From: Octopus sinensis
Taxonomy: Eukaryota
DNA length: 64,000 nucleotides
NCBI RefSeq assembly: GCF_006345805.1
Contig: NW_021835958.1
Location: forward strand, 62,001 to 126,000
Reading direction: 5' to 3'
Shown: positions 25,545 through 39,126 of the stretch, one piece after another
How the letters are laid out: the number at the start of each line of letters is the position of its first letter
Position numbering within the stretch: the first letter of the stretch is position 1
The notes under the pieces: generated by a model
What the model was told of the DNA's origin: nothing
What the model saw: the letters and a program-made list of their open reading frames with translations, nothing else
The model's database searches: none
Translations under genes and position numbers: made by a program

Positions 25545-26420
25545 AACTCGGCAACGGGCCCTGGTGGATTCCCTGCAATCCTCCTAAATAAATGTAAAAG
25601 AACTGTAGCTAGACCGCTTCAAATCCTTTTCCTGGAGTCCCTCAGGATGGGGAAACTCCCCCCAAAACGAAAAGAGGGAATAATATACCCTATCCATAAG
25701 GGAAGCTGTTGCTAGACCGCTTCAAATCCTTTTCCAGGAGTCCCTCAGGATGGGGAAACTCCCCCCAAAAAAACCGAAAAGAGGGAATAATATGCCCTAT
25801 CCATAAGGGAAGAAGCAGGACTACTGCTCTCAGCTATGGTCGCCTTATACTACAAGGACGGTAGCAGAGCTTGAAGCAGTCCAACGACGTTACACAAAGA
25901 AAATTGCATCAATGGAACGATTGAGCTACTGGGATAGATTGACAGAGCTACGACTCTATTCCCTTGAACGAAGACGGGAGAGGTATGCAGTGATATATAT
26001 ATATATATATGGAAGATACTGGAAGGACTGGTACCAAACTTTGGAACAAAGAGCTATACCAGACAAAGAACAGGACGTCACTGTGTTGTCCCCACTGTGC
26101 CGACTGCTTCATCTCGGGCAAGGACGATGTACTGCAATAACTTGGGTTTCAAGGGCCCACAGCTGTTTAACTGTCTGCCGAAGCATCTGAGGATCCTCCA
26201 TGGAGTGAATGTAGACGTTTTCAAACGTGAACTTGACCTCTGGCTCGCCGAGATCTCGGGTGAGCCAATATCTAAGCAAGAAACTCAAAAGAGGGCAGTA
26301 GCATTGAACTCCATCCTTCCCCAAAAGCCGATCCGACAAAGGTGGAAAGTGGAAAGATGATTACAATGGCGGTGCTCCAGCATGGCCACAGTCATTGGAC
26401 TGAAACATATAAAAGAATAT
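25545..26420 (+). mobile_element. CR1/L2-type LINE, internally deleted, with intact 3' end and a ~103-bp tandem duplication
   Basis: ATGPGGFPAILLNKC..ARPL..PIHKG RT start, duplicated at 25605-25812; C-terminal ELEAVQRRYTKKI...LYSLERRRER; 3' UTR to ~26419. Confidence 0.88.
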
Positions 26421-26625
26421 GTGTGTGTGTGTGTGTATTTACGACTCTCACTTTATATATATATTTATTTTCTCTCCCTGTTTTTTTCTGTGTTCCTTTC
26501 TGTCGAAGAGCATAGGCTCGAAACGTTAAAGACTTTTCCACATTCCGAGCGTTATACTAATACATCTATTTGTTGTCCACACGCCCTGTCCTCGTCTTTT
26601 GTTTTTTGTGAATTCTCCCTATATA
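26420..26625 (+). repeat. PLE-terminus-like repeat with a minimal hammerhead-like motif at 26496-26531
   Basis: CTTT-CTGTCGA-A-GAGC(ATAG)GCTC-GAAAC-GTT-AAAG; core position A6 is T; related copies at ~34800, 35113-35150 and 37124-37162. Confidence 0.55.
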
Positions 26626-26649
26626 TAAAAATATATATATATATATATA

Positions 26650-26694
<45 letters not shown>

Positions 26695-26698
26695 GTAT

Positions 26699-27199
26699 GT
26701 ATATTTAAAGGGCTAAAAACCACTATGTGATCAGCCATATGCTTGAAGTAGATCACCTGCGATCAAAATATGTTCTCTAATAGGCAGCATTAACTGCAGT
26801 AAATTATTTACTGCAGATTTTGTTTCCGGAATTTTAGCGCGCCAGAACTCAGACATTTGAAATTAACACAATGTAATCCGTGAAACTAAACACGTGTCTG
26901 TTTTTATACGGAAAACTGGTGGTTAGTTTTACAAATTATATTACCTGTGGAACGATCGTACTGACGAGCCCTTACGGACGAGGGATTGCGTAAGTGATTC
27001 ATTCGTTAATAGGCGAAACCTAGGTCTGCGATTAATTCTTGTTTTTTATATAATTTTCATCTGTCTTGCCCGCATGTTGTTCTGGTGTCTGCTGAAAATT
27101 TTCTCTAGAGAACATTCTTTTCTTTGTAGTTTGATCGCAGGTGATCTACTTCGAGCATATGGCTGACCACATAGTGGTTTTTTAGCCCTTTAAATATAC
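26699..27199 (+). mobile_element. ~500-bp element with ~70-bp terminal inverted repeats and an internal hammerhead (PLE inverted-pLTR-like)
   Basis: 26699-26767 is the reverse complement of 27130-27199 (2 substitutions, 1 indel); inserted in TA/TG microsatellite. Confidence 0.75.
26954..27033 (+). ncRNA. Type I hammerhead ribozyme motif with canonical core
   Basis: Stem I GATCGTA/TGCGATT (7 bp including 2 GU); CTGACGA 26961-26967; stem II GCC/GGC with a large insert; GAAAC-CTAG-GTC (self-complementary ACCTAGGT stem III); GUC triplet 27024-27026. Confidence 0.82.
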
Positions 27200-27309
27200 A
27201 CATGTATTAGAATTTTCTCTGATTCTTCAGATTTTTGTATGCTAGGCTACTGGTTTTAAATTGATATTAATTAAATTAATATTCAATTTATCTTCCTCAT
27301 TATTTAAAT

Positions 27310-27695
<386 letters not shown>

Positions 27696-28299
27696 GACTC
27701 TCACTATTTCTCTCACTTTCCATACAAGTATGTAGCTCATGCTCAGTGTGTGTGTGTCTGAGAGTGTGTATGTGTGTGTGATTTTAAAATATTTATGTAA
27801 AAGTTAATCTATCTTCATAGCATACTTTTCTGCTTACAAATATGATTTTTCTTACTCACCCACGCGCGCGCGTGCTTGGTACAGGGTGGGGGATTGAGAA
27901 TTTTAATTACAAAAATTTTCTTGTTGCTTAAATCCCATCAATGGACCACCGATCAGCATTTCTTAAAATGCGTTTATCGGGAAAAATATTAAAAATGTCA
28001 ATACATGTAACAAAGAAACGAGCAAGATAGAAGGTGGCCGTGAAGTTTGTTAGAAACAACAGCAAGACCTCCCTTAAATCACACATGTTTTCATCGAAAT
28101 TGCTTATTCAGGCTGTCCATATCTTAAAAGAATGATTTATGAGGGCAGGACAGAGTTAATGAAAAAGTTTTATAATTCATAAATGAGAAAACTATATTTT
28201 ATAAAAAGCATTCCCCTATCATTAGACTAGACTGTAGTGGGAAAAAAAATAGAAAAATCCCCGTCAAACAGAGAAAATGCAACTTATGTGGGTGTGCTA

Positions 28300-31260
28300 T
28301 TCCGAAAGTCCAGCAAGGCATTCTAATGCGAAATCTATCGGGTAACGACAGGATTCTCAGCTTACGTCATTACTTTGCTTTTCTCTCTCCTTTTTCTTTT
28401 TTCTTTTTTTTTATTTTCTCCTTTTTCCAGCATGCCCAATCACAAATCCTTCTTCCTCCACCTTCACCACCACCTAAAGAAGCACCTTTCCGCGCTTCCT
28501 TTCCGCTGCTTTCAACCTTCTACTAAAATTTTCCTACTGATTTTCAAAAACACGGTTCTGTAGCCACGTTTCTTTTCTTAGTTGCTGCCTTCAGCACCAC
28601 CTCATCCCCAAAGGTTCCTACCTCCATTTCCACCCCACTTTCAACTCTGCTTCTACCATCCTTCCTATACTCCGTACTACTTCCTACCGCCTTATGCGTA
28701 TCACCATTCGTTTTAATCTCTCCAAAATACACACCCGCGGCTGCCTTCTCCTCGCTTATTCCACCTTTTTCTCCTCTCTTTCACCTTCCTTTACACATTC
28801 CAACTTACGCTTCATAATCCATTTAAATCCTTTTTTCCACTAGTTCCTCGCTCGTACTAAGCAACATAAACTTCACTCACTCCTTCATTCTGTCCCACCC
28901 GATGCCATTACACCCCTCCCCCATAAACTTGCCCCTCATCTTCACCCTAACCCTTCCGTTACTCTAACCCTCCTACGTACTTACTCCTCCTCTCTCTCCT
29001 CCCAGCCTTCCACTATACCCACCACCTCTCCCACGTCTAACTCATCCACCCTTCCCCCTTCATTCTGTTATTACCATCCCTCCTGATCTTCTCTCTGAGG
29101 CGGAGCGCTCTCTTCTCAGTAAGGTGCTACGCTTCATCCCCCTCACTCCATTCAGTAACGAATTTCAGACTAGTGCCGATATTCATAGCTTTGTTCGCCG
29201 CGTCAGGCTATATGCACTATTCCACAACACTCTACCTGCATCTAACGAAGAGGACTGCCTCACCAACCTGGGCCGCCGACCATCACAATGGACACCAGCT
29301 CCTGGCCAGTTCCAAGCATTCGATCAGTTTGCAAGCATATGCCAACGTGTTGTGGGCTGGTTTAACTTTCGCAGGCGTCCCCGATATTTTAGCATCTCCT
29401 CGCCCCTACTCTCAGCCCTTCAATGTCTCCGACGCCGCAAAAACATCATCATAAAACCGGCTGACACGGGTGGAGCCGTAGTGGTGTGGCGCGCAGATCT
29501 CTACAAAGCTGAAGCTTCCCGCCAACTTCAAGACACCTCCTTCTATTGCCCTCTGCTCTCCATCCTCAAGTCTAACTACCAACAGACTGTGTCCTCCACT
29601 ATCCATGACCTCATCTCCTCCTCCCGTCTCCCTCTCACCGTCTCTGACCTCAAAGCTCGCACTCCACGTACTCGCACCGTTTACTTCCTTCCCCAAATCC
29701 ACAAGCCCAACAACCCTGGCCACCCCATCATCTCCGCCTGTAACTGCTTCATGGAATTGATCTCATAGTACCTCGACCGTGTCCTTGCCCCTAGTAGCTT
29801 CCCTCCCCTCCCACATCCACGACACTAACCTTACTCTCCATCTTTTCAATTCTTTCTCCTTCCCTCCTGGCCCCTCTAAACTTCTCTTCACTCTTGATAT
29901 CAAGATCCCACACAACGAAGAACTTCTTGCACTCAAACACTTCCTAGACCTTCGATCCAGCCCCCAACTTGATACCTCCATGCTTTTTCGTCTGGCCGAA
30001 CTTGATCTCTCCCTCAACTGGTTTTCGTTTGCGAAGGATTTTTACCAACCACGGGAATGGCCAAGGGAACGAGAATGGGCCCCAACTATGAGAAACTGTT
30101 CGTTGGGTACGTTCAGACCCAGATATTCTCACGATTCACTGCTCCCACTCCCAAACAATGCAGTCGTTATATTGTTGACTGTATCGGTGCGGCCTCACTC
30201 TCCCGCGAACAACTAGATTCCTCCCTCTCTTGTCCAATCCTTCCATCCTGCCCTCAAATTCTCCTGCACTATTTCCAACACTTCCGTCGCATTTCTTAAC
30301 ATTTCGGTCAACATACACCACTCCGCTCTCACTATCGCCATCCACTACAAGCACAACGATTCATACTCCTGCCTTAATTCCTCCTAACCCCACCCTACCC
30401 ATACCAAGCTCTCCATCCCCTACTCCCACTCTGCGCAGGAATTTTGGCACTCAGTTTCGACTCATGACTCACCACATCATCCTTCGTGGATATCCCCTCA
30501 CCACTGTCCACACAACCCTTGCTAGAGCACATTCTGTGGATCGTGCCTCTGCTCTCTTACTCCGCACCCGCCCCGCCGTTACCCACCTGTGTTTCCCCTC
30601 ACCTACCACCCCTCCACTCTGCCCATCCAACGCACCATTCTCCGAGCCTTCCAGCGACTACAGTCCGACCCCTCCACCTCGCCCATCTTCTCCAACCTAC
30701 CCCTTCCCTCCACCAAACGAGCCCACAACCTGCGTGACCTCCTGGTCCACAGTTTCTTCCTAACCCCACCGCCCAGCCTGGCTCGTTCTCCTGCTCCCGC
30801 CCACACTGCTGCACTTGCGCCACCTCTACAACACCACCATCCCCACAGGCATCCATCATCGTCCCTATCATCCTTTACCTGCACTTCTAGCAACGTCATT
30901 TACTGCATCTCTTGTTCTTTCTGCCCTTCTTTGTACATCTGTCAAACGGGACGCCGCTTGACCGACCGGTTCGCGGAGCACCTACGAGACCTCAGACGCG
31001 GCAATGACCCACCGGTCTCACACCATTTCTGCTCTACCAGTCATTCACTACAACACCTGTCTGTGTTCGGATTGTCTTTGTACAGGGGCCATCCGGATTT
31101 CCGCCTTCGCCGTGAACAATAATAAATCCTCTCTCTTCGTTTTGAATCACATGGGCTCAACTCCCCCTCCTCTCCGCATCTGACTCTCCTCCTCTCTTCA
31201 TCTGACACCGACTTCCTCTCTTCACTCTTACCCACCTCTCCAATCCTTTCTTCCTCTAAC
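28300..31260 (+). mobile_element. Near full-length degenerate Penelope-like element, Neptune-type linker (RT + GIY-YIG)
   Basis: N-terminal HHLIPKG..RLMR; IIKPADTGGAVVVW; LFTLDI; MGPNY; C-x4-C-x2-C linker (CSRPHCCTC, ~30790-30825); TCTSSNVIYCISC..C..LYICQTGRRL..RFAEH..HF..H; many stops and frameshifts. Confidence 0.92.
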
Positions 31261-31851
31261 ACCTACTTCCTCTCTTCACTTCTACTCACCTTTTCTCTTC
31301 ACTGATACCCTCTCCACTCACACCCCACAACTCAATATCCCACATCTCACCCTCTACCCTCACCCTTCCACCCTTCCCCCCGATACCAACATCCCCACCC
31401 ACACCCCTACCAACCCCTGCACGTGTCTATGAATGAGAGAAGGAAAGAAAGAGAGAAAGAGAGAAAGGGAGAGAGGGGGAGAGAGACTGAGAGAGAAAGG
31501 AACAAAGAGAAAGAAAGCTGGCAGAATAATATACAACAGCAAAGTGAGAAACACTCTGACATTCAAGGTCTTGTGCAAGAAGTTGTGGAGCATTGTACGA
31601 TTCTTGGAAGAGGTGAATCACTCGCCATATCGGTATTTTCAAAGTTAAACACGCCTATACATATTATCAGAAGAGTTAAAGCCAAGTCACTGTTATGTTT
31701 TTGCTCAGTATCAAATACTGACCACCAATTACCAGGTATGCTCGATGTTTAGAAAACGAGTGGCTACTTACAATTTGCAAATCGCTCGGTGCACACACAC
31801 ACACGCACTCACTCATGCACATACACACAAACACGCACACACACACACACA

Positions 31852-31897
<46 letters not shown>

Positions 31898-32341
31898 CAC
31901 ACACTGATATATCTATGTATGCATGTATACATTAGGTTGGAAAACAAAGTCTTGTCGCATTTCAAAATGAAGAAAAATGAATACTTCTTTGGTCTTAATT
32001 GATACGTTGAATCAAGCTAACATTTTTTTTCGACTTATTGATTACGTAATCACATCTATAAGGTAAATTGTTGATTCCCCGGGCTTAAATTCTTCAAGTT
32101 TCGAAGCAAAGAAACACTCAGCTTTTTACCTCGTCACAATTAAACTGTTTTTCCTGAAAATGATATTTGCAACGATCTACCAAAGATCCAGTCAGCTGGA
32201 ATGAGGCCAGTTGATGAAGGAGGATGAAGCAGAAATTCCCTTATTTGATGCCATTGTCTTTTCCTGAGTGACTTGGGCAATATGTGCTCTTGCATTGACG
32301 TGTAATACCATAAAAGATAAGTTCTTCATTCAATGAAACTA

Positions 32342-33952
32342 CAGTTGCGGCCAAAATGTTCAGAACGGCATTGTTTTCGTCAGAAAAGTAGATATAATTT
32401 TTTATCAAAGTTGTTTTATATTCTATAATTTTCACAGACAATAAATACAATATTAATTGTTATTGTCTGCGATTTTGGTGTAATTTGAGAGGATAATACA
32501 AAAGTTATGGATGATTTAGTGATTTACTGCAAAACCCATGGCGGCCAAAATGATCAGAACGGTTGAAAAATAACAAAATAATCAAAAATGACAGAGAATA
32601 CTCGAATTATTTAATATTTAGTGTGAAGCCCTTTAGCTTCAATCACACTCTGACATCTTCGACTGCATGAGGAAATTAAATTTTCAATTTCTTGCTGGGT
32701 GATCTTATTCCATTCTTCCTGAAGGGCTTGTTTTAGGATTTCTGGCTTTCGAACGTTCTCCAAGAATATTCCATACATTTTCAATAGGATTGAGATCTGG
32801 GCTTTGAGCAGGCCAATCCATAACAATGACCTTTTCAGCCTTGAGGAAGTTCATGACCACCTTAGCCTTGTGACATGGGGCATTGTCCTGCATGAATATG
32901 GGTGGTCGCTCAGTTGAATTTCTCAGCACAGGCAAGACATGATCTTTTACAAGTTGTTTATAAACTCCTGCATTTACCTTTCCATGTAATCGCAGCAAAG
33001 GGCCCACACCATCTCCAGATATCATCCCCCAAACCATGACACTTCCTCCACCGAATTTAACACTAGTCTTAAGGCATTTAGGCGACAATTTTTCACCTAC
33101 TTTTCTACGAACGTACCTTTTCCGATCTGAGCCAAATAACATAAACTTAGATCCATCACTGAAATGCACCGTTTGCCATTTTTCTTGAGACCACAACACA
33201 TGTTCGGCTTCAAAGGTAAGACGACACTTTTTATTCTTGGAGCTGATCAGTGGCTTCACTGCAGGTACTCTTGCTTGTAGGTCATGTTCAACTAAACGAC
33301 GAGACACAGTTTTTCGAGATAAAGTTTTCTTCAATACAATGCTCATTTTCCGAGAAACAGCAGCAGCAGTTTTAAATCTGTCCTTTTTAACCAACTTTAC
33401 CATTGCACGATCTTCTCTCTTGGTCGTTTTTTTTGGCCTACCTGTAAACTTTCTTGCTTCACACGAACCACAATCATCGTAGACCTTAAGAATACCGTGT
33501 ACAACACTTTTTGACTTGTTAACAATCTTTGCAGTAGATCCAATACTTAAATTATCCTTCCTTCGAAGCTTAATAATCTGCTGACGAATTGGTAACGGAG
33601 TAAGTGGCACTATATTAACAAAGTACACTGCAAATATTCTTACTAATGTTTAGTAAACGAACCGTCACGTAAACAAATTCAAAACATTAGAGTTCGCCAG
33701 TTAAATATACTAAATCACAGAGTAAAAGCAACCGTTCTGATCATTTTGGCCGCCATGGGTTTTGCAGTAAATCACTAAATCATCCATAACTTTTGTATTA
33801 TCCTCTCAAATTACATCAAAATCTCAGGCAATAACAAATAATATCGTATTTATTGTTTGTGAAAATTATAGAATATAAAACAACTTTGATAAAAACTTAT
33901 ACTTACTTTTCTGACGAAAACAATGCCGTTCTGAACATTTTGGCCGCCACTG
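32342..33952 (-). mobile_element. Full-length Tc1-family transposon with long IR/DR-type TIRs
   Basis: ~225-bp TIRs (32342-32568 and 33729-33952), each with outer and inner ggcggccaaaatg(t/a)tcagaacgg-like repeats; TA at 32340-32341 and 33953-33954; 1611 bp. Confidence 0.96.
32611..33628 (-). pseudogene. Tc1 transposase (DD34E), near-intact; small frameshifting deletion near 32725
   Basis: 307-aa ORF with paired-like HTH, GRPKK, FSDGSKF, QDNAPCH and DLNPIE (34 residues between D and E); C-terminal ALQEEW...TKY continues in another frame. Confidence 0.92.
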
Positions 33953-34907
33953 TATATTCCCTTCGATAAAAAATAAAGAAGCGTTTGTCGGCAATTCTAA
34001 CTGATTTGGGGTGAGAAGTGAAGACAACCATAAGCAATTCCGGAGAATTGTTATTTACGTGTAGAATTTTTTTTTTGTTCCTAAGGGCAATCACTCAGAG
34101 CGGTCACTCTGAGGTGTTTCTTTTTGCTCAGTTTCGTTTTAATGCTATATACATAAATATAACCTAAGCTTAAATATATAAAAAAAAATTAACTATTTGC
34201 TTTGGTCCTTAGTCATCAGAAAATCTTTTGACAAAGATTGGCATAACAGACTCAGCATCAAATTAAAGGCCAATTAGAATACCTGAAATTTTCGGAAATA
34301 CCTGCTGAGCTATTTTACCAAACAGGTGTGTTGGCTTTGGTTCGCTGATAAGCTCCGATATAACCATTAAAACTGAACATGTCTGTTCCTGTCGCCGTCA
34401 CTGCCAACAAAAATTAGATTTTCCATTAAGCATGAGAATTGTTTTCTAAATTATTAAAGCATCAAAATTATCTTCCTTCTTCATTGTAAGTCTCTTAGAG
34501 ATAACAAGTAGGTTGTTATTTTCGTCCACAAATTAAGCGAAAATTTTCAATTAATTAATTAATAATTCCCTGCAAATGTCATTCAGTACATCCTTGTATA
34601 CTTGATTTATCTCAGTTCAAGCCGTTGGTATATTTAAGTTATTTCCCTTTCCTCAAATTCGAATTTTTATTATATAAATTATTTCTCGCCGAAACATATT
34701 CTAACTTGTTTAGTGTGAATTTACAAAAACAAAAGACGAAGACGGGTATGTAAACAACAAACAGATACATTAGCTTAACGATCGGGACGTGAAAAAGTCT
34801 TTCACGTTTGAGCTACGCTCTTCGGTAGAAAGGAACACAGAAAAAAAAACAGGGAGAAAAAATAGGAAAGGTTTATATATATATATATTATATATATATA
34901 TATATAT

Positions 34908-35009
<102 letters not shown>

Positions 35010-35029
35010 AAGTTAATCTAAACATGAAA

Positions 35030-35220
35030 ACACAAAGAGAAAACGCAACTACGCGAGGACGTGAAACAAGTATAGTGTTATTGGACGCTCAGGGAAGGAA
35101 AGAAAGAAGGGGGATCTAACGTTTCGAGCGGAACTCTTCGTCAGAAACATAGGAAAAGGACCAAGGAAGGGGTGATGGAGGAAAAAAATCGCCAACGATA
35201 CACACGCGGTCACATATTGA
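35030..35220 (-). repeat. PLE-terminus-like repeat with a minimal hammerhead motif at 35113-35150
   Basis: Minus strand GTTT-CTGACGA-A-GAG(TTCCG)CTC-GAAAC-GTT-AGAT; intact core, weak stem I. Confidence 0.6.
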
Positions 35221-35224
35221 ATGA

Positions 35225-35263
<39 letters not shown>

Positions 35264-36556
35264 CATATACACATACATATACAATGCACTGCTTTATTTT
35301 GAGTTTGCTAGTGTTAACAATAGTCGCAAATAAAATACAGACACACATACAATACAAACACATTCTCCCTTCCTCTCTCTCTCTCTCTCTTTCACATTCT
35401 CCCTCTCGTTCTCGCCCCCTCTCTTCCGTCTCACACAACTCCTGATAATTCACCTAGGTGAGGTATCTGATGTTGAAAGAGCCGAAACATATTATGATCC
35501 CAGGAAAAATACGTACAAACTTGATTTCTCTGAATCTATGCTATACCTGAGTTAGTTACCGTTGGTCAACTTTATTTTGTAGTTTATTTCGAGGCCTTTC
35601 TATTCTCTAATTTCATAAATCATTTTATGAAAGCCTGTGAACGTAGCTTTACCTAACCTTAATGTTCTCCGCTGCTAGCATGAAGAAGAGAAGCATGTGA
35701 AGAATATAAAAACAGGTTACACACACACACACGTATTATGACAACAACTTCTAAGTTTCGCCTAAAAGGATTTTTCAAACTATAGCGACATATAAATATG
35801 ACAAACAGGCATTCTTTCCTCACATTTTCATTCACATATTTGCATTTCAAAAATTTAACATAATCTTTTCCATAAATCAAATATCGTGGAAATTTTATAC
35901 GATGGCCTCACATTTGACCTCTATGTATGTGTGTCTACCTTAAAGGACGTCAATCATCATGACACACACATTCACTCACTCACTCTATATCTCTCTCTCA
36001 CACTCTTTCTCTCTCACATACTCACGCGCAAACACGTACGCCTGCGCACGCGCAAACACGCACGCCTGCGCACGCACACGCACACACATACACACACACA
36101 CACATACACACACTCACATACGTCTATTTCATATATCTTTCAATTTCTGCTCTCTGCAAATAAAAATTTTTACGGATACAACTGCTTTCAAAAATAGGGA
36201 TTAATGTATAATTTATTTATGTTCATAATTAAGTCAATGTTCTAATGATTAGACAAAGGTCCAATAGAATAGCTCCCAGAAACAGACTACGTACAAATTC
36301 GTTCTTCACAACTGAAGCTATTTTCTGACAAGGGTGGGGGAGTCAGGAAATTTTCATACAGCTGGAGGCTCCAATCGAAACAGGGGACCCAAAATGATAA
36401 GGTTGAGAAACGCTGTTATAGATTATGCCTGACCAAAAACGATCACAGTCACATCATCCAAACAGACCGGGTGAAACCGGGCTTAGCTGCTAACACACAC
36501 ACACATACACACACACACACATACACACACACACACACACATACACACACACACAC

Positions 36557-36588
<32 letters not shown>

Positions 36589-36824
36589 GTACTTATCGCA
36601 CGTGTGTCTACGTATAATTCTCTCGTTGGTGATGTCCTGTACTTGATGTATTATATATGAAGTACAGGACATCACCAACGAGAGAATTATATGTATATAT
36701 ATATACGTATGTATGTATGTATATATATGTATGTATGAATATATATATGTATGTCCATATATATATAATATGTGTGTAAATATATATATATATATATATG
36801 TACATGTATGTATATACAATATAT

Positions 36825-36889
<65 letters not shown>

Positions 36890-36962
36890 TATACATACAA
36901 TATATGTATTAATATATATTATATACACACACATACATACATGCATATATATAATATATATA

Positions 36963-37018
<56 letters not shown>

Positions 37019-37029
37019 TATATATAACG

Positions 37030-37240
37030 GGAATGTTTACGAAAATAAACAAAAGACGAAGGCAGGTGGAGTACAAACAAATAAATGTATTAGTATGGCG
37101 CTCAGGAATAGAAATAGAACAAGTCTTTTACATTTCGAACCTACGCTCTTCGACAGAAAGATACACAGAAAAAAAAACAAGGAGAGAAACAAGGAGAGAA
37201 AAAAATGCGTGTAGAAGCTATCGACCTATCATGGCGTTCT
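37030..37240 (-). repeat. Further copy of the 26420-26625 repeat family (also at 34710-34870)
   Basis: Minus strand ctttctgtcgaagagcgtaggttcgaaatgtaaaagac and flanks match 26490-26610. Confidence 0.7.
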
Positions 37241-37253
37241 GACCATACATATA

Positions 37254-37649
37254 TCTTTATATATAAAAGTGAAGTTGTGTGTCTTGTCTCCTACGTTTTA
37301 GATTCCTAACTACTCCCACATTTTGCAGTGCAGTGTAACCAAAAGCGGGTATCTTATAGTCGTGATTCATATCGAGCCCTTCTGGGTATTAGCGCGCGTC
37401 TACGATGAGTCTACGATTTAAAAAAAAATTTACCATCATTTTTTCCCATTTTTAATGCATTTTTTTGCTATTATATAAGGGAAGTAACTCTCTAAAAATG
37501 TATTATTAAATCTCAGAACGTAAAAAGCTACAGTAACACCCCCCTTTGTGGTTAGCCATATTGAGATGGCTATTATACTTTACATCTCTAAAAATGCTTA
37601 TATAGTTATTTCCCTTACAAACCCGAGCAACGCCGGGCGATACTGCTCG
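37254..37649 (+). mobile_element. Non-autonomous Helitron
   Basis: 5' A|TCTTTATATATAAAA; subterminal hairpin cccg-agcaacgc-cggg; 3' CTCG|T (CTRR-like end); A/T insertion site. Confidence 0.8.
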
Positions 37650-37724
37650 TATATATATATATGAAATACATTAAGTACAGGACATCATCAACGAGAGAAA
37701 AATACGTAGACACACGAGTGATAA

Positions 37725-37759
<35 letters not shown>

Positions 37760-38741
37760 TACACACACAATACAAGTACACTCGACCCCCTTTCTCTCTC
37801 GCACACCCTCTCTCACGTTCTCGCCCTCTCTCTTCCCTCTCACACACAGTTCTTCAAACCCTTTATTACGTTTTGTGTCTCTCATCTTTCTGCTAGTTAT
37901 CGCGGTCACCTCACACAGTCTATCTCTTCTTATACTCGCTTACACATATACGATCATGCCGAGCATTCTAGATAGACAGTTGTTACCTAGCAACTCGCTC
38001 TTCCTCTTCCACCACGCACACTCATTTACAAACACAGACGCACAGAACATAAGCATTTTCATTCATAGATACATACATAAACTTATTTATACGTTCATGT
38101 ACAAAAATATAATATACACGTATATGCGCGCACACATTCATACTAAGTCACGCACACACACGTTTATATTCAAATATGAACCAGAAGTAGCTTGCGGTAT
38201 ATAAACAAAATCAAGCACACACACACAAGGTAAGTGTGTGTTATTAATTCGTGGGTCGGCTGCATTTTTTTTTTTTAAGCTTAAGAGATTATATTCTCAA
38301 TGCGCCTGGTGTTAAAATCATCTGAGACTAAGTCCTATGCAAGCCAGACAACTCACTCTAGGTCCCTTTTTGGAGTGACAAACATCGACATTTCGTCAAT
38401 GTATTGACCCTTGAATGCCGGGTACCGAACAAGGCCTACTGCTACTCATTTCACCGATTATGACTATATGCTAAATGGTTTGAAAACCAACGTTTCATGC
38501 CACGGAAAAAATATTCAAATATCAATTAGAAGCATCTCGAAGTAATATGAGCAGAATTGAACCAACATAATTAAGGTGTGGGTATTGTTTGTTCGTTGGT
38601 CGGCTACGTTTTGCTTTTTAGCCGTAAGAGAATATAATCTCAACGCGCCTGGTGTTAAAACACCTGAAAGTAAATCATGTGTGTGTGTGAGTGTGTGTGT
38701 GTGTGTGTGTGAGTGTGTGTATGTGTGATTAAAGGATAAAT

Positions 38742-39126
38742 TGGAAGCACTCCGTCGGTTACGACGATGAGGGTTCCGGTTGATCCGAATCAACGGAACA
38801 GCCTGCTTGTGAAATTAACGTGTAAGTGGCTGAGCACTCCACAGACACGTGTACCCTTAACGTAGTTCTCGGGGATATTCAGCGTGACACAGAGAGTGAC
38901 AAGGCCGGCCCTTTGAAATACAGGTACAACAGAAACAGGAAGTAAGAGTGAGAGAAAGTTGTGGTGAAAGAGTACAGCAGGGATCACCACCATCCCCTGC
39001 CGGAGCCTCGTGGAGCTTTAGGTGTTTTCGCTCAATAAACACTCACAACGCCCGGTCTGGGAATCGAAACCGCGATCCTATGACCGCGAGTCCGCTGCCC
39101 TAACCACTGGGCCATTGCGCCTCCAC
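38742..39126 (-). mobile_element. Full-length tRNA-derived SINE family C with 12-bp TSD
   Basis: A box TGGCCCAGTGG and B box GGTTTCGATTCC on the minus strand; TSD taaaggataaat at 38730-38741 and 39127-39138; partial copy at 42587-42760. Confidence 0.9.

Noticed and set aside
31490-31740. Open frame ending at a CAG|GTATGC donor (31735)
   Set aside because: No acceptor or protein similarity recognised; the upstream part is a GA-rich repeat
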